Source: Balanoglossus misakiensis (lineage: Eukaryota; Animalia; Hemichordata). Taken from it: a stretch of 64,000 bases of DNA. Positions 25,188-37,800 of this stretch are shown piece after piece (the first letter of the stretch is position 1; each line of letters starts with the position of its first letter). The translations under genes and the position numbers were made by a program. Under the pieces are notes generated by a model. That model had not been told where the DNA came from, did not search any database, and saw only the letters and a program-made list of their open reading frames with translations. The DNA lies in contig CM082578.2 of the NCBI GenBank assembly GCA_040954595.2, positions 5,376,831 to 5,440,830 on the forward strand, in the 5' to 3' direction.

Positions 25188-25535
25188 AGGGACAAAGTCT
25201 CTCTCTCGCTGCCCTTTTTTCCATTAATTATGTTTGATACAAGACACCGTTCATGTTAATGTACATGTGGATATATAGTGAATCAACGTTCAACCACACA
25301 AAACTTCCATCCCACTTGTATGATATGAGAGTAAAAACTCGCCCAAAATTAATAAATGGTAAAGAACGATTATTCATTTTGGTGAGTTTTTTCACTCTCC
25401 TGTCTATAAGAGGGGTGGAAGGTGTGTGTGGTTGAACGTTCATTCACTATATATCCACATGTAGAAGAACAAACGGTGTCTTGTATCAAATATAATTAAT
25501 GGAAAAAAGGGCAGCGAGAGAGAGACTTTGTCCCT
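25188..25535. mobile_element. Kolobok/T2-type palindromic MITE, copy 1 (TTAA TSD)
   Basis: TTAA-AGGGACAAAGTCTCTCTCTCGCTGCCCTTTTTTCCATTAATTAT...ATAATTAATGGAAAAAAGGGCAGCGAGAGAGAGACTTTGTCCCT-TTAA; the arms are inverted over almost the whole length. Confidence 0.9.
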
Positions 25536-26204
25536 TTAACTAGTGAGTGAGTGAGTGAGTATATGAAGGTTTAAGTGAGTATTTTGAAATAGGTTTGTCA
25601 GCTTATGAATGAAATTTCTACTCCATAAAGGTCGCAGACACACTTCGTCCAATCACAGACAACTGACTACATGGTCAATCACAAATCAGAACACAACACA
25701 ACACAACACAGCAGACTGCAGTAACTGTTCCAGGTATTACTAGTCTGTACACATTTTATTAGAGGTGCAAAACACAATGACATGTTACATGTCCGACTAT
25801 TGTACATTCTAATGATAAAGAACGGTCACACGATCAGCTGAGCAGAAAAATTCTGATTATGGTTGCCATAGAAACAGATGCTGATATTTAAATACAAACA
25901 GATCAAAACGTGCCAAAGAGCTGAATATCTTCTTAGCTCACATCATGCATCGTTACAAGGTGTGGCAGCTTAGCACATTATAGGTAATACAGGATATGAG
26001 AACCCCATACAGTGAGAATACGTCGGAATGAGACTAAGACATATTATGGTCATGGAAAAGAAAGGCGAAAAACGAGTATAATTTGTTCAAATGGGTCCTT
26101 ATGCAGGACGGTATCTATTCAGAGCTGATCAGGATTTTGAGGATGAACAGCATATTTCACACAACTGATTTCAGGTTGTCATTGGGGCCAATGTCTAGTA
26201 TACA

Positions 26205-26360
26205 CAGTGTGCCCTGTAAGCCCATATGATGTGCCACTTACTCAACAAACTCACTGGTGACTCAAGAAAATTATCAACACTACACATAAAGGTGCTGGGC
26301 TGACTCAGAGATTTTTTTAGAACTCCTCAAATTGACTCAAAGCTTTTAAAGGGCACACTG
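26205..26360. mobile_element. hAT-type MITE, 156 bp, 8 bp TSD
   Basis: TIRs CAGTGTGCCCT / AGGGCACACTG, flanked by the perfect 8 bp duplication AGTATACA (26197-26204 and 26361-26368). Confidence 0.85.
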
Positions 26361-28000
26361 AGTATACAGTGGAATTAGACAGGCCCATACTTGATGGAAC
26401 AATAGTTGAATTGTTACAAGAAGGGAGAGCCACTGACAGATGCATGTTAATTAACTAGGCTGAGTTCAGCTCAGTGCATGGGTCTTGTGTATACTGGGTA
26501 AATGTTTACACTCGTTGCTAAGACAACCTGCAGTGACTTCACTATGGTTACAGTGATAACTGACTGGCTGTCTGTGTCCAATCAATGTACCCCCCCCCCC
26601 CCCCCCCCCGCACATTATAATGCATTGTTATTTACATAACTGTAGATGTTATTTTTACAACACACCTACCCGTACAGTGTGTAATATGGTACATAATGCA
26701 ATTTATAACTTGTGTGTGCAACAGTCTGTTTCTAGTTTTGATTTGTATGTGTGTGTTTGTGTGTGTTTTCACAGCTCCACCCAGTGGTGGTCAGATCATT
26801 GTGGGAGAATATACACAGTCACTGTTGTATGCACACATAAGTAGCCATGTCCCTGACTGACCTTCACTATTCGAAACAACCATTCCCGACATAGACATTT
26901 GTGGAGTACAGGTATTCATCAAGAAGAGATGACGAGTCCCAGACTTTGAAAAGACACAGATGTTTTAGAAATGTCATGGCTTTTCTACACTGTTTACCAC
27001 CAGTCCCTTTTTGAGATGTACCAGGCAAGCCGTCCACATTTCCATTCAAACCTCGACACATTTTGTGCAGAAATGAGAACTGTATTCAAAATGCACTAAA
27101 AACAAGAGCCTTACAACACAGTGAATTCAACAGAATAATTTCTTTCCACAACTGGTTTTCCCTATGGCAGACACACAAGTCAGTCGTTTGCACAAAATCT
27201 TTCAAGTCTGATGAAAAACACAATTTAATTGTGTCAATTAGAATTATAAAAGTCCTGATCTACAATGTAGTTGGGTTCTTGGAAAAGTAAACAGTAACTA
27301 TCCGGCACAGGTGAACAACTTGCAACCAGCGATGAGAACATCTCTAAGTGAGCGGTTACGTTGAAGGAACAATACAATGCTAACAGAGTTACCATGGTAA
27401 CACAGACGCGTTCAATCTGCTGAGAGGATACTTTGACCTCAAATGCACCGAAGTGCTCGAGAGTCAGACAAACACTGAAAGATTTCCCCCCACCTTCCTT
27501 TTACAATGCATGAATTGTCTGACACATTCTATTTTTGCACCGTTTAATGGATTGGTTGTGCCGTGTTTGGTTTGAAGTCCGGCTTTTATGTTGACACAAA
27601 CCGGGTCCCGGCACTGTTCAACTTCCATTACAACCTGCACCTTTATTTAGGAAAAAGGCATTCCTCTTTTATTCCCGGCTTTGATAAACGGAATATGCAG
27701 CATATGAAATTAAAAAAAAAACATTCACTGCAAATTCCTTAGTTGAAAACTGGTTTGATGCGAGGTCCCTGTAATTTAGAGGCAGGCTTCAAATCAGAAT
27801 TTTTACGGTAGACACACAACCTCGGGGGACTGCCTGTGAAATTCTACCTGCCTGAATAGACCTGTGTAAACACACACGGGGCAAACACAGAACACATAGC
27901 GTGGCACATCACAGCAACAGAAGATAAACATTGGAGTCTACCACTCCTTGTGTATACTCTGTGAGACACAAACACACTGCATACTTTTGACAAGTCTTAA

Positions 28001-28282
28001 AGGGACCAAGTCCCTCTCTCGCTGCCCTTTTTCCATTAATTATGTTTGATACCAGACACCGTTTATGATATTCTTCATGTGAATATATAGCGAATCAACG
28101 TTCAAACGCACACAACTTCCATCCCGTTTGTAGGATATTAGAGTAAAATCTCGCCAAAATGAATAAACGGTAAACACCGATAATTCATTTTGACGAGTGC
28201 TTCACTCACGTGTCTACAAGTGGGATGGAAGGTGTGTGTGTAATTAATGGAAAAAGGGCAGCAAGAGAGAGATTTTGTCCCT
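28001..28282. mobile_element. Kolobok/T2-type palindromic MITE, copy 2 (internal deletion)
   Basis: TTAA-AGGGACCAAGTCCCTCTCTCGCTGCCC...GGGCAGCAAGAGAGAGATTTTGTCCCT-TTAA; ~65 bp shorter than copy 1 in the right arm. Confidence 0.88.
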
Positions 28283-28841
28283 TTAACGGACTGCTTCATT
28301 GCTGCGAGCTAACAATCTTTCTTATGAAAAAATATTTCCTTGTAAATGCAAATCAGGCACAAAATTTCCCCGTTATGAACAGTTGAACTTTAAAGACAGA
28401 AATCTGATATGTATAAAATTTTACTCCTGTTAGATCCTATATACTATAAATCCATAAAATCTGAAATTTGATTATGAAGACAATATTGTTTCTTTTGCAA
28501 GGTAGAGCTCTCTTCTCATGTACTCTGTTGTCATAGAAATTATTGCAATTCTGTTTATGATGATATACCCTCTTTCCATTATTTCAAGATTATTGACAAA
28601 TATATTTTTGTACAAAGCCTATTGTCAACCTTTGAAACCATGGTTTTTGTAATAGAATAATTACATACCTCACTACAGTACCTATTTTAAAACATTTTTA
28701 CATATTTACACTTGATTAGTTTATAAATTTAAAAAAATGAAAATTTCAAATTTTTTCTCCTCTTAAAATGTCCAAGTTAAGAGTACATGCAGAAATGCGC
28801 TAAAGAGTCCATTGATGCAGTCCAAACATTGTGCAATACAT

Positions 28842-31800
28842 TTATTCTGCATTTTCTTGGCTCTGTTCCTGCAATCGTTTGGACAGCGCGTCCATATTTG
28901 GCGCCGCAGCGATGCTGCCACTGCGGGTCAGTCGTTTCTTCTTGGCGTGTCTCTCCTTCAAGATCTTTTCCCGCTCTTTCTCCGTCATGTTTTTGGTGAT
29001 TTTGCGTCCGTCGTCGAATTTCACTTTCTTCTCCGACTGGCCGGCCTCCCCAACACCTTCCCCAGTGTCTTCGTCGATCATCTGTTGGCAGAGAATGTGG
29101 AAAGAACAAAAAATGAGACAATCGATCGGACCCATGAAAAGGTTGTAGAACTTTTCCTTCTCTGGTTGGATACTGAGATCAGGAGTGAACGAACCTCGGT
29201 CATACAAAATCTTTGTCTTCTGTGGTCCACATAAATCGTCTCAGAAGTGCTTTCAGAGTTTTAATTTCAACAAAATTCGAAATTTCAAGAGAATTTGAAA
29301 TGCTGGCTTCTTTGTACTTTTCATAGCGAATCTAGGGGAACTTGTGTGTACTGCTTCTCCCCGGGAGTGATGACTGACATTGCAGCAGGCCATTGAAAGC
29401 TTCCCTAGCTTAATTATCATACAAAGTGTGCTTAAAATAAAACCAAGTTCTTCAAACTGTGATGTGCTTGGTTTGCACAACTCTCTCCACCAACCACTGT
29501 AACAGCACTGTTGGTAGTAGCACCCGAAAATATAAAGTTATCACACGGTGAACAACAATAAAGCGGTTACGCTTAGTGATTGCTTAATTAAAACCTTCCC
29601 AGCATGCACCGCCACAAACACAACTCAACTGTAAACACATTTCCCATTGTTAGCGGACCATCACACTTTGCATAGCTTGCAACAGACTCAGCTCTATGCA
29701 TGTGAACGTGAAAATGGCTGTTACAATTTTTCTGGATCAGCCATAATTCTGATGACTGCATTCGTGGCAAAAAGTTAGATTCAGTGGTTGCCACACTGTG
29801 GACTCTTGTAGGGTTGAGTTGGGGATCACGGCAGTTCAAATTTCCGAGTTATCACTCTGCGGGCACATTCAGACCTCACCACCAACACCACAACTGTTGT
29901 TCTGTGTGGACAAGAAACTCAGTGCACCAAAGTTACAGCACACCTGTCTACATGTGAGTGACAGGTTCTTAGGATACCCCCACACATGGGCAAAATTTGA
30001 AACAACTTGATGAACTGTAGCTGTGGTATTGGTGCTTGTAAATCAGTCAAAGTCAGCAAAATTGTATTTCATGGCAGGGACAGTTACGATTAGATTTCTA
30101 AACTCACATCATCAGCAGTACTATTACATTGTAGTTTGTTTTACTACTGTAGACTGGTTGAGATGGTGTTTGACACTGACTGTGCACGAGTGGAACACTG
30201 CAAGGCACACGCAAGTCAACACAACCATTGTACACGATTGCAACTTGAACAAAATCACTCCACATTTACCATGGCAACCCTTATAACACGCAACAATCAT
30301 GTTTGCTATTCAGACAAGACATCCTGGAGCTGTGATTGGAGATGAGAACAAACAAACTATCAAGTGTTAGGACTTTTTTTGGGAGGGGGGGGGGAGGGCT
30401 GTGGTTTGTCTATCACACTTCAGGTTTAAAAAGTAAAGGTTTGTACTCCTGTCAAAGAATTTCGTCGGTAATTTGTAAAACCAGTTTTGATAAGCTTTGA
30501 CATAAAAACAACAACAAACAGATGTACGTGTGTCAAAACCATTGCATTGACCATTCACAGATTTGTCCTCTCACTACCATGGTTTCGTCCAAATTGATTC
30601 TTTTCTACACTACCGGGTAACACTATGCATGTAGTTGGACCTCCACCACAGACATACAGGGGGAGGGGGGGGGTGGTCAAAGGCTTGAGTGTGACCCAGT
30701 TGAAGAATTGATCACACTGCAACCAACAAAAGTGTATCTATTCACATAAGAATGCATTTACCCCCCTGCAAATTTGTTTTTGTTTTTACTTGTAGTGATC
30801 CATGTTCTTTATTAGAGACCCACATACACAGAACAGTGGAGTTGGCTCCATGTCTGGTTGATAACACTGTACTTGCTATGCGTTGTTGTGATACCTACCA
30901 CCCACATAACATGCAACAAGACTGTTACACAGGTCAGGTGTGTATGCCGTAACTAATATTACTGGGGTGACACTATTAGTTGGAACATCAAAGTTACTTA
31001 TTTTTTGAGGGTAGGGATGCAAGGAATAAATTTATATGCGCTGTCAATCAGCTGTGTATTTCAGGGATGGTCCAATAAAGAGGACCACTCATATATGCTG
31101 TATAGACAACCTGCATATGTCTTACTGATCCAACCACAGATAATTTTTTGGGATTTCAGTGTACCAACTAAATGCCACCACAGAAATAGAAGTCACCTCT
31201 TGCCAGGATTCGTATGGCAAACACACACAGAGACCAATTTTGCATGCAAATGAATGAGTGGGGGGTGGACAGGTGGTTGCATCACACAAACTGTAACCTT
31301 TAACAGCAATGCAACGATCTACAAGCTGTCGAACTATTAAACAGCTAATTAACATGCGACACACAATGCATTTGATGAGAAGCTCTCCATGCAGTTTTCT
31401 GGATGTGGCGATGCTTAAAAAAAATTAAATATTTTGGAAGAGAAATTTCATACCACTGTCCCGGGACAGAAAGTTAATACGAGAGTCTAGTTTACTCAGC
31501 AACAGGAGGTAGTGTGAACTTCTTCTGAAGATAAAGATAACATCATCATGGTTACAACATCAAAGGAAAGACAGCAAAGGCTTTACAAAGATACAAAAAT
31601 TACACTGCTTTTGAAAGGTTAAGGGATAGTTTTTTTTATTATATCGAGTTTCAAGAAGATATTTTTTTTCATGGAGAGGTGGAAACTGAAAAATTTGAAG
31701 ACAGGTATGCAGTTATTGAAAGGTTTATTATTGAAAATACTACTTTTTGACACTTTTTTTCTTACTAAGTATCTGCTTACTGAATTTGAACAATCAGGAG

Positions 31801-34800
31801 AAACAGAACATAACTTTGCATTAAGATGAAACTCAATTCGTCGAGAATGATAACTACACACCTACAATGAAAACAGGACATGCGCAGACAGAATACACAT
31901 ATTCACACAAAAAAATAAATCAAAACAAAACAAAAACAGGCATTGACATAAAGGCTCTCTCTCGCTGCCCTTTTTCCATCAATTATGTTTGACACAAGAC
32001 AAGTTGCTTATGTTATTCTACATGTGGATTTGTAGTGAATCAACGTTCAGCCACACACAACATCCATCCAACTTGTGGACACGAGAGTGAAAAACTCGCC
32101 AAAATGAATAATCGTTCTCTCTATCATTTATTCATTTTGGGCAAGTTTTTAGTCTAATATCATACAAGCAAGATGGAACTTGTGTGTGTTTGAACATTTA
32201 TTCACTAGATATACATACATGTATGTACATTAACATAAACAATGTCTTGTATCAAATATAATTAATAGAAATAGGGCAGCGAGAGAGAGACTTTGTCCCT
32301 TTAACATAAAGAAGGTTGGCCATACAAACATTCACACGATGTCCCACTGAAACATAATGTGTGCATGCACTCACACAAATACACACATACAATTAAATTT
32401 CAAACACCATAATAATTTGGAGGAGATCTGAACTTACACTTTTGACTCCCTTCTTCACTTCCAGTTCATCCTTCTTAAATCGTTCGTTCATCTGCGCTGC
32501 CAGTTTTGCCATCTTCTCGTCGTCTTGCGTTTCGTCTGCCTCCAAAGGATCCAACATTTCGTTGAACGCTTTGGTGTTCTTTGCCGCCGTCTGTTTCATC
32601 GTCATGGTGCGCTCGTATCGTACGCGGGCGATGCGTTCCTTCACCGTGTTGATCTGTCTCTCGCGTTCTTCCTGCAAGATTATTGGAGATTTATTGGGAT
32701 TGGTTGTCGAATGAAAGCTTGAACTTCCAGTGAATTTTACCTCCATATTGTTATCTTTCACTGTCTATTGCACTAAACTCTGTATCATGTTGATTCAATA
32801 ATTACTGTAAATTAAAGGGACAAAGTCTCTCTCTCGCTGCCTTTTTCCCATTAATTATGTTTGATGCAAGATACCGTTTATGTTATTCTACATGTGGATA
32901 TATAGTGAATCAATGTCCGACCACACACAAGTAGGATGTGAGAGTAAAAACTCGCCCAAAATGAATAAACGGTAAAGACCGATTATTCATTTTGGTGAGT
33001 TTTTCACTCTCATGTCTACAAGTGGGGTGGAAGGTGTGTGTGGTTGAATGTTGATTCACTATATACCCACATGTAGAATATCATAAACAGTATCGTGTAT
33101 CAAACATTATTACTAGAAAAAGGGCAGCGAGGGAGAGAGAGACTTTTTCCCTTTAAAAAACACAGGACTACTTGTCTTCCTTTTCTGTAAAGTCTACCAA
33201 AATTATTGAGAGTCCCCATACCAGAGCCTAGTTTTCCAGACACCAAAGAATCAATATCACTTCTGTTACCTTTTGTGTTCTTTCCAGCATCGATTTATGT
33301 TTGACACCTAAACCAACCACGGCTGCTGCTTCATCTTGATGGCGCACCTTGCGTCTATCCAACTTCTCTTTGAGCTAAATCAGACAACATTCAAACGAAG
33401 AATTAAGGATGAAAACTATTAAAATTTACCAACATTTACAGAGTAGTGTATTTTACTTGACTAAAGTACACTGAAATGTTGGCCATTTTTACTTTTTATT
33501 TTCCAGTTTATAGTCAATTTGTAACACTGACCAAATGAACACCGAGAATAAGAAATTTGCTAACTGCAGCTACCAACTCACCATTTCGGCTTGTTTCTGT
33601 TGTTGTTTCGCTATCTTCAACTGTGCACTTGTCTGTTCTCTCACCAACGCTGAGAATATCTGCTTTTTCTTCTCTTCTGATACATCAATATCCAACACTG
33701 TTTTCTCCCGTTTCATTCTGAGTGGCGGCTGGAAAAATAAACAACAACAAATCCTTGTGATCACTGAGATATTTTATTTCCTATATGATTAATAATCTGT
33801 AAAAGAAGTCATTACTGCAAATTAAAGATTATAAATTGTTACTAAAATGACTGACAGGTCATAGGTCATCACCCTGTGTTGATAAGTCACCCTTCTGTAG
33901 AAGATATCAATTGTATAGAACGAACACTTTGCACTTCACGGCCAAATGCAAACTAAACCATGTATTTCAGTTGACTTGGCCGTTTTGTTATAGAGCGCCC
34001 TCAACACCGACACAGTCAAGATCTTTCTTCTTACCAGTTCAGCAGCAGAAGCAGCTTCGCTGTCAACCGACACTTTCTTCTTGGCTTCTTCTTCAACTCT
34101 TCTACTCTCTTCGCTCATTTCTTTCTTTCTCTTTTCTTCGTCGTGTTGTTCTTTCTTTTTCTGTGCGTCTTCTTTTGACTTCTGGGCTTTCTTCCTCTGT
34201 TCCCGCCTGGCTGCCAGTTTTTCCTTCATCTGTTGATGCGAGACAAGACACTAACCCTCTTGGAATCAAACTTTATTTGGCAGATTCCTAGTGTGAGTTT
34301 TAGACACATCGCCATCGCCATGTGAAGCACTCACTTTATCTTATAGAGACATTATCTGTAACTGTTGGCTATATTTTCAGTATTTTTGTTCTGTGTACCA
34401 AATGCATTTTCTTGTTCTACTCCAAACAGCACACTAGTATATCCAGTACTCCACTTGTCAACATAGTCTGTACATGTATATGTATAATGGCCACTGGTAT
34501 TGTCGACAAATGAATTCTAGTCCAGATTTGAATTCAAATTTTGCACAATAACAATACTGACTTTATACATATAGGTTGAGTCAATACGCTGGACACTGGG
34601 CATTTCATCATACCTCAGGGATAAAAAAAAAATGCAGTAGATACACAAAACAAAAATACTGAAAACATAGCGAAAAGTTACAGCAAATGGAGCTTTATTG
34701 TTGATGTGACAATAGCCCCGCGCTTGAATCTGGCTTCTAGGTGCTGCTTGATACGAAGCATGTTTGTCAAACCCGGCAGGCAATGCATTTACTGCAACTC

Positions 34801-37800
34801 AGTAGAATAAGACATCTTCAGACAACCAAGATTTCCAGAATGAAGGTATAAATGCCCAAAGTGGCCAACTTTGCCGTGAGGAAACAAGGTATCCCTAAAT
34901 AAAACTACCATGATTGTAAGATGATGGGCATATACAAGAATACCCAAAAGAGACAATTCATTAATGAAGACTTTCAAGTTAATTGGTGATTCCTGATAAT
35001 TACCATATTGCCTTGTCTTCCCTTCTCCTCGTCTTCTTTCATTTGTTGTAATTCCTGAGTTCTCTCCGCATTCTTCAAGAGAGCAATAGCCATGACTTCT
35101 TCAAACTGTTTCTCATCTCTGGCCATTCTCTTCAATTCCAATCTCTCCTTCATCTGTTGTTTTTGTTTCTCCAACTGAGATTGCATGGCCTGTTGGACAA
35201 CATTGTACCACAGTTGTTAAAATTAAAATGTCTAGGACTCCAATACCACAAATACAGTATTTAGTATTTACTTTAATAGTCTGCAAAATATTTCTGAAGC
35301 TTGGTTTTAATGGTGAAAAAAACTATGGGTATGTTCAAGACAAGATACAATATTACATTATAAAAAAGCTACCTGGATTTGTCATGAATCTGGCCAGAAA
35401 ATCACAAAGTCAAAGATGGCTTTATTGGTTGATAATGTACATGTACATCATCATACACCAGGTTTTTGTATTGCATGTATCTCTGATTCTCAATGTATAA
35501 ACATCCTTTGATACATTTAAAATGTGAGTCAATAAAATAACAATGACACAACATTGACTGAGACGCTCCATAGAGATTCTTACCTTCTTTTTAGCAGCAT
35601 GTTGTTTTTCCAACTCGGCTAACATTGCCTGCGGATCGATGGCATCACCTTCACGCCTGGCTCTCTCTGGTCATCAAAGAAAGAAAGAACACAAAAACAT
35701 TTAGTAATCAGATTGTGCACTTGCTGCTTTCTCACCTGTTGACCCTGTTGTTAGTTTATGCCAAGTCAAACCATGTGGCAAGATTTTAACAAGAAAAACA
35801 AATTAAATCTTTACAAACTCAGTCCATGAGAATTCATGACTGTCAACAAAAACAAAAATTTAAAAGCTTCAGCCCATCAACAAGAGTATGATCTCTTTAT
35901 TTTGACAAATTTTTAAACAATTTAGAGTTTTTGATTAATTTTGGTAGATCATAAAAACAGAAAATGAGACAACCAGGTAAACTATACAGATAAAGCATTT
36001 CGGCAGTGAAAGCGATAAATGGTGTTTCCAGTCATCCTAAAAAATATAGCATCATACATGAGGAATTACTGTCTCTTTAATGTCACTAAAAAAATTGCAT
36101 AAAAAAATTAAAAGCAAACCACAGCAAACATGCCAAAAAGTAGTCTAATACAACACATGCGAAAACCAAGTTTTTAGTTCAAACCATTATATAACTATAA
36201 CTGCATGGTGTTAGAAAATGGCATAATATGATCAAAGAAGCAAAGGGCAAAATTCAAACACAGCGAGAAATAATGAAGCCTTAGCTGTAAAGAACTCTGA
36301 CTTACTGACTTCTGTTTTATCCAGAGTAGAGACAGACATGCAAGAACATTCCATGAAGAAGAAAAGATATTATGATGAGTACAATTATGGAACTGTGAAA
36401 CTGACATAATCATTTGGGCAATAGCACACACCGACTCATTTGCATGCTTGGAAGTTGAAAATGACTTGATCACAGAAGATGTAATGAAGAGATTTGCCAG
36501 GTAAACTTATAGCAAGCTAATAACTCATCTCAGAAATGTGGATATTTCATCTACTGGTATCTAAAGTTTCTTGTGTTTAGATTGACTAGAAAGTGGAATG
36601 CCAAAAAAGCGATGAATTTTGAGTTGCTGAATTAAATACAATGTATATTTCATTTCAGTTAGCTCTGAGTCTGTAACTTTCACCAATTTAAATTTAAGAG
36701 TTAATCTTTAACTATTCTTCTTAGCTTTTACCAGCAAAAAGGCACAATAGAAATTGGCAAATATCTTTCATGAAATGTTGATTGGCAAAGAAATTTCCAT
36801 GATCTCACACATTTTACTTTAAAGAAGTGATGAAAGTTGCATGTATAGTTCGTCGACCCATGACTTGGCTCTGAATGACCAACCTTATCATCACAAATCA
36901 ACCAGAGATTGGCAAGCTTACAAAATGCTTTGTTGGTTAGAGCAAGTCATTTCAGACTACTTGTTGATTTATGTGAACTGACAGCATGAAAGCGCGTGTG
37001 ATGATAATTGCACAAACTTGGAACAAAACTGCACAATGCATCTGTGTTGTGCTAGCATGCTTACAGGAAAAACACACAATGCTCAAAGTTAAGCAAGACA
37101 TCATATAGGAAATTATGACTTCTCTTGTAAAGTTACTGTAATATTTAACAGTAATTACACCTTCTTTGAAGTATCACTATGGTCATTGAAAGTTTGAGCA
37201 AACAGGGAGAAATGTGATAATCTGGACAGCCTGGATAAACTTGACATATTCTGCTCAATCATTTCAACTGAACAATAGTCTGGCTGTTATATGAATGCAT
37301 GGTGAAATGACTATTTGACGGAAGTTTAACGGATGAAATTACAACACACCAGGATTGGTTTGCACAGTTGTGCATTGTAAAGAGAAATCACACTGCAACA
37401 AACAAACAAACAAACAAACATAAAACAAGACAGAACACTTACTCTTTGCTGAAATCCAAACCACGGAAATATATGAAGACAGTTTGAAGAACAAGAAAAC
37501 AGACAAATTATGAAGAAAAAACAGATGACAGAAGATGAGAAAAAACATGCAGTACTGTGAAAGTGTAAAGAAAGCATAGAAAGTATAAATTAAAGTAAGT
37601 TGATCAAGTTTGAAAAGAGATTAGCGTTACTAGTATCAATGACAATCTGACAATTGATCTCTTGAAGTTGCAAATGTAAATTTTTGTGATATATATCTCT
37701 CTCTCTCTTATTCTATCTATACATCCGTCTGTCTGTCCATCTGTGTCTGGCATATTATCTACATGTATATGTCTCACTGTAGCTGTATTTTTTGTGTTTA

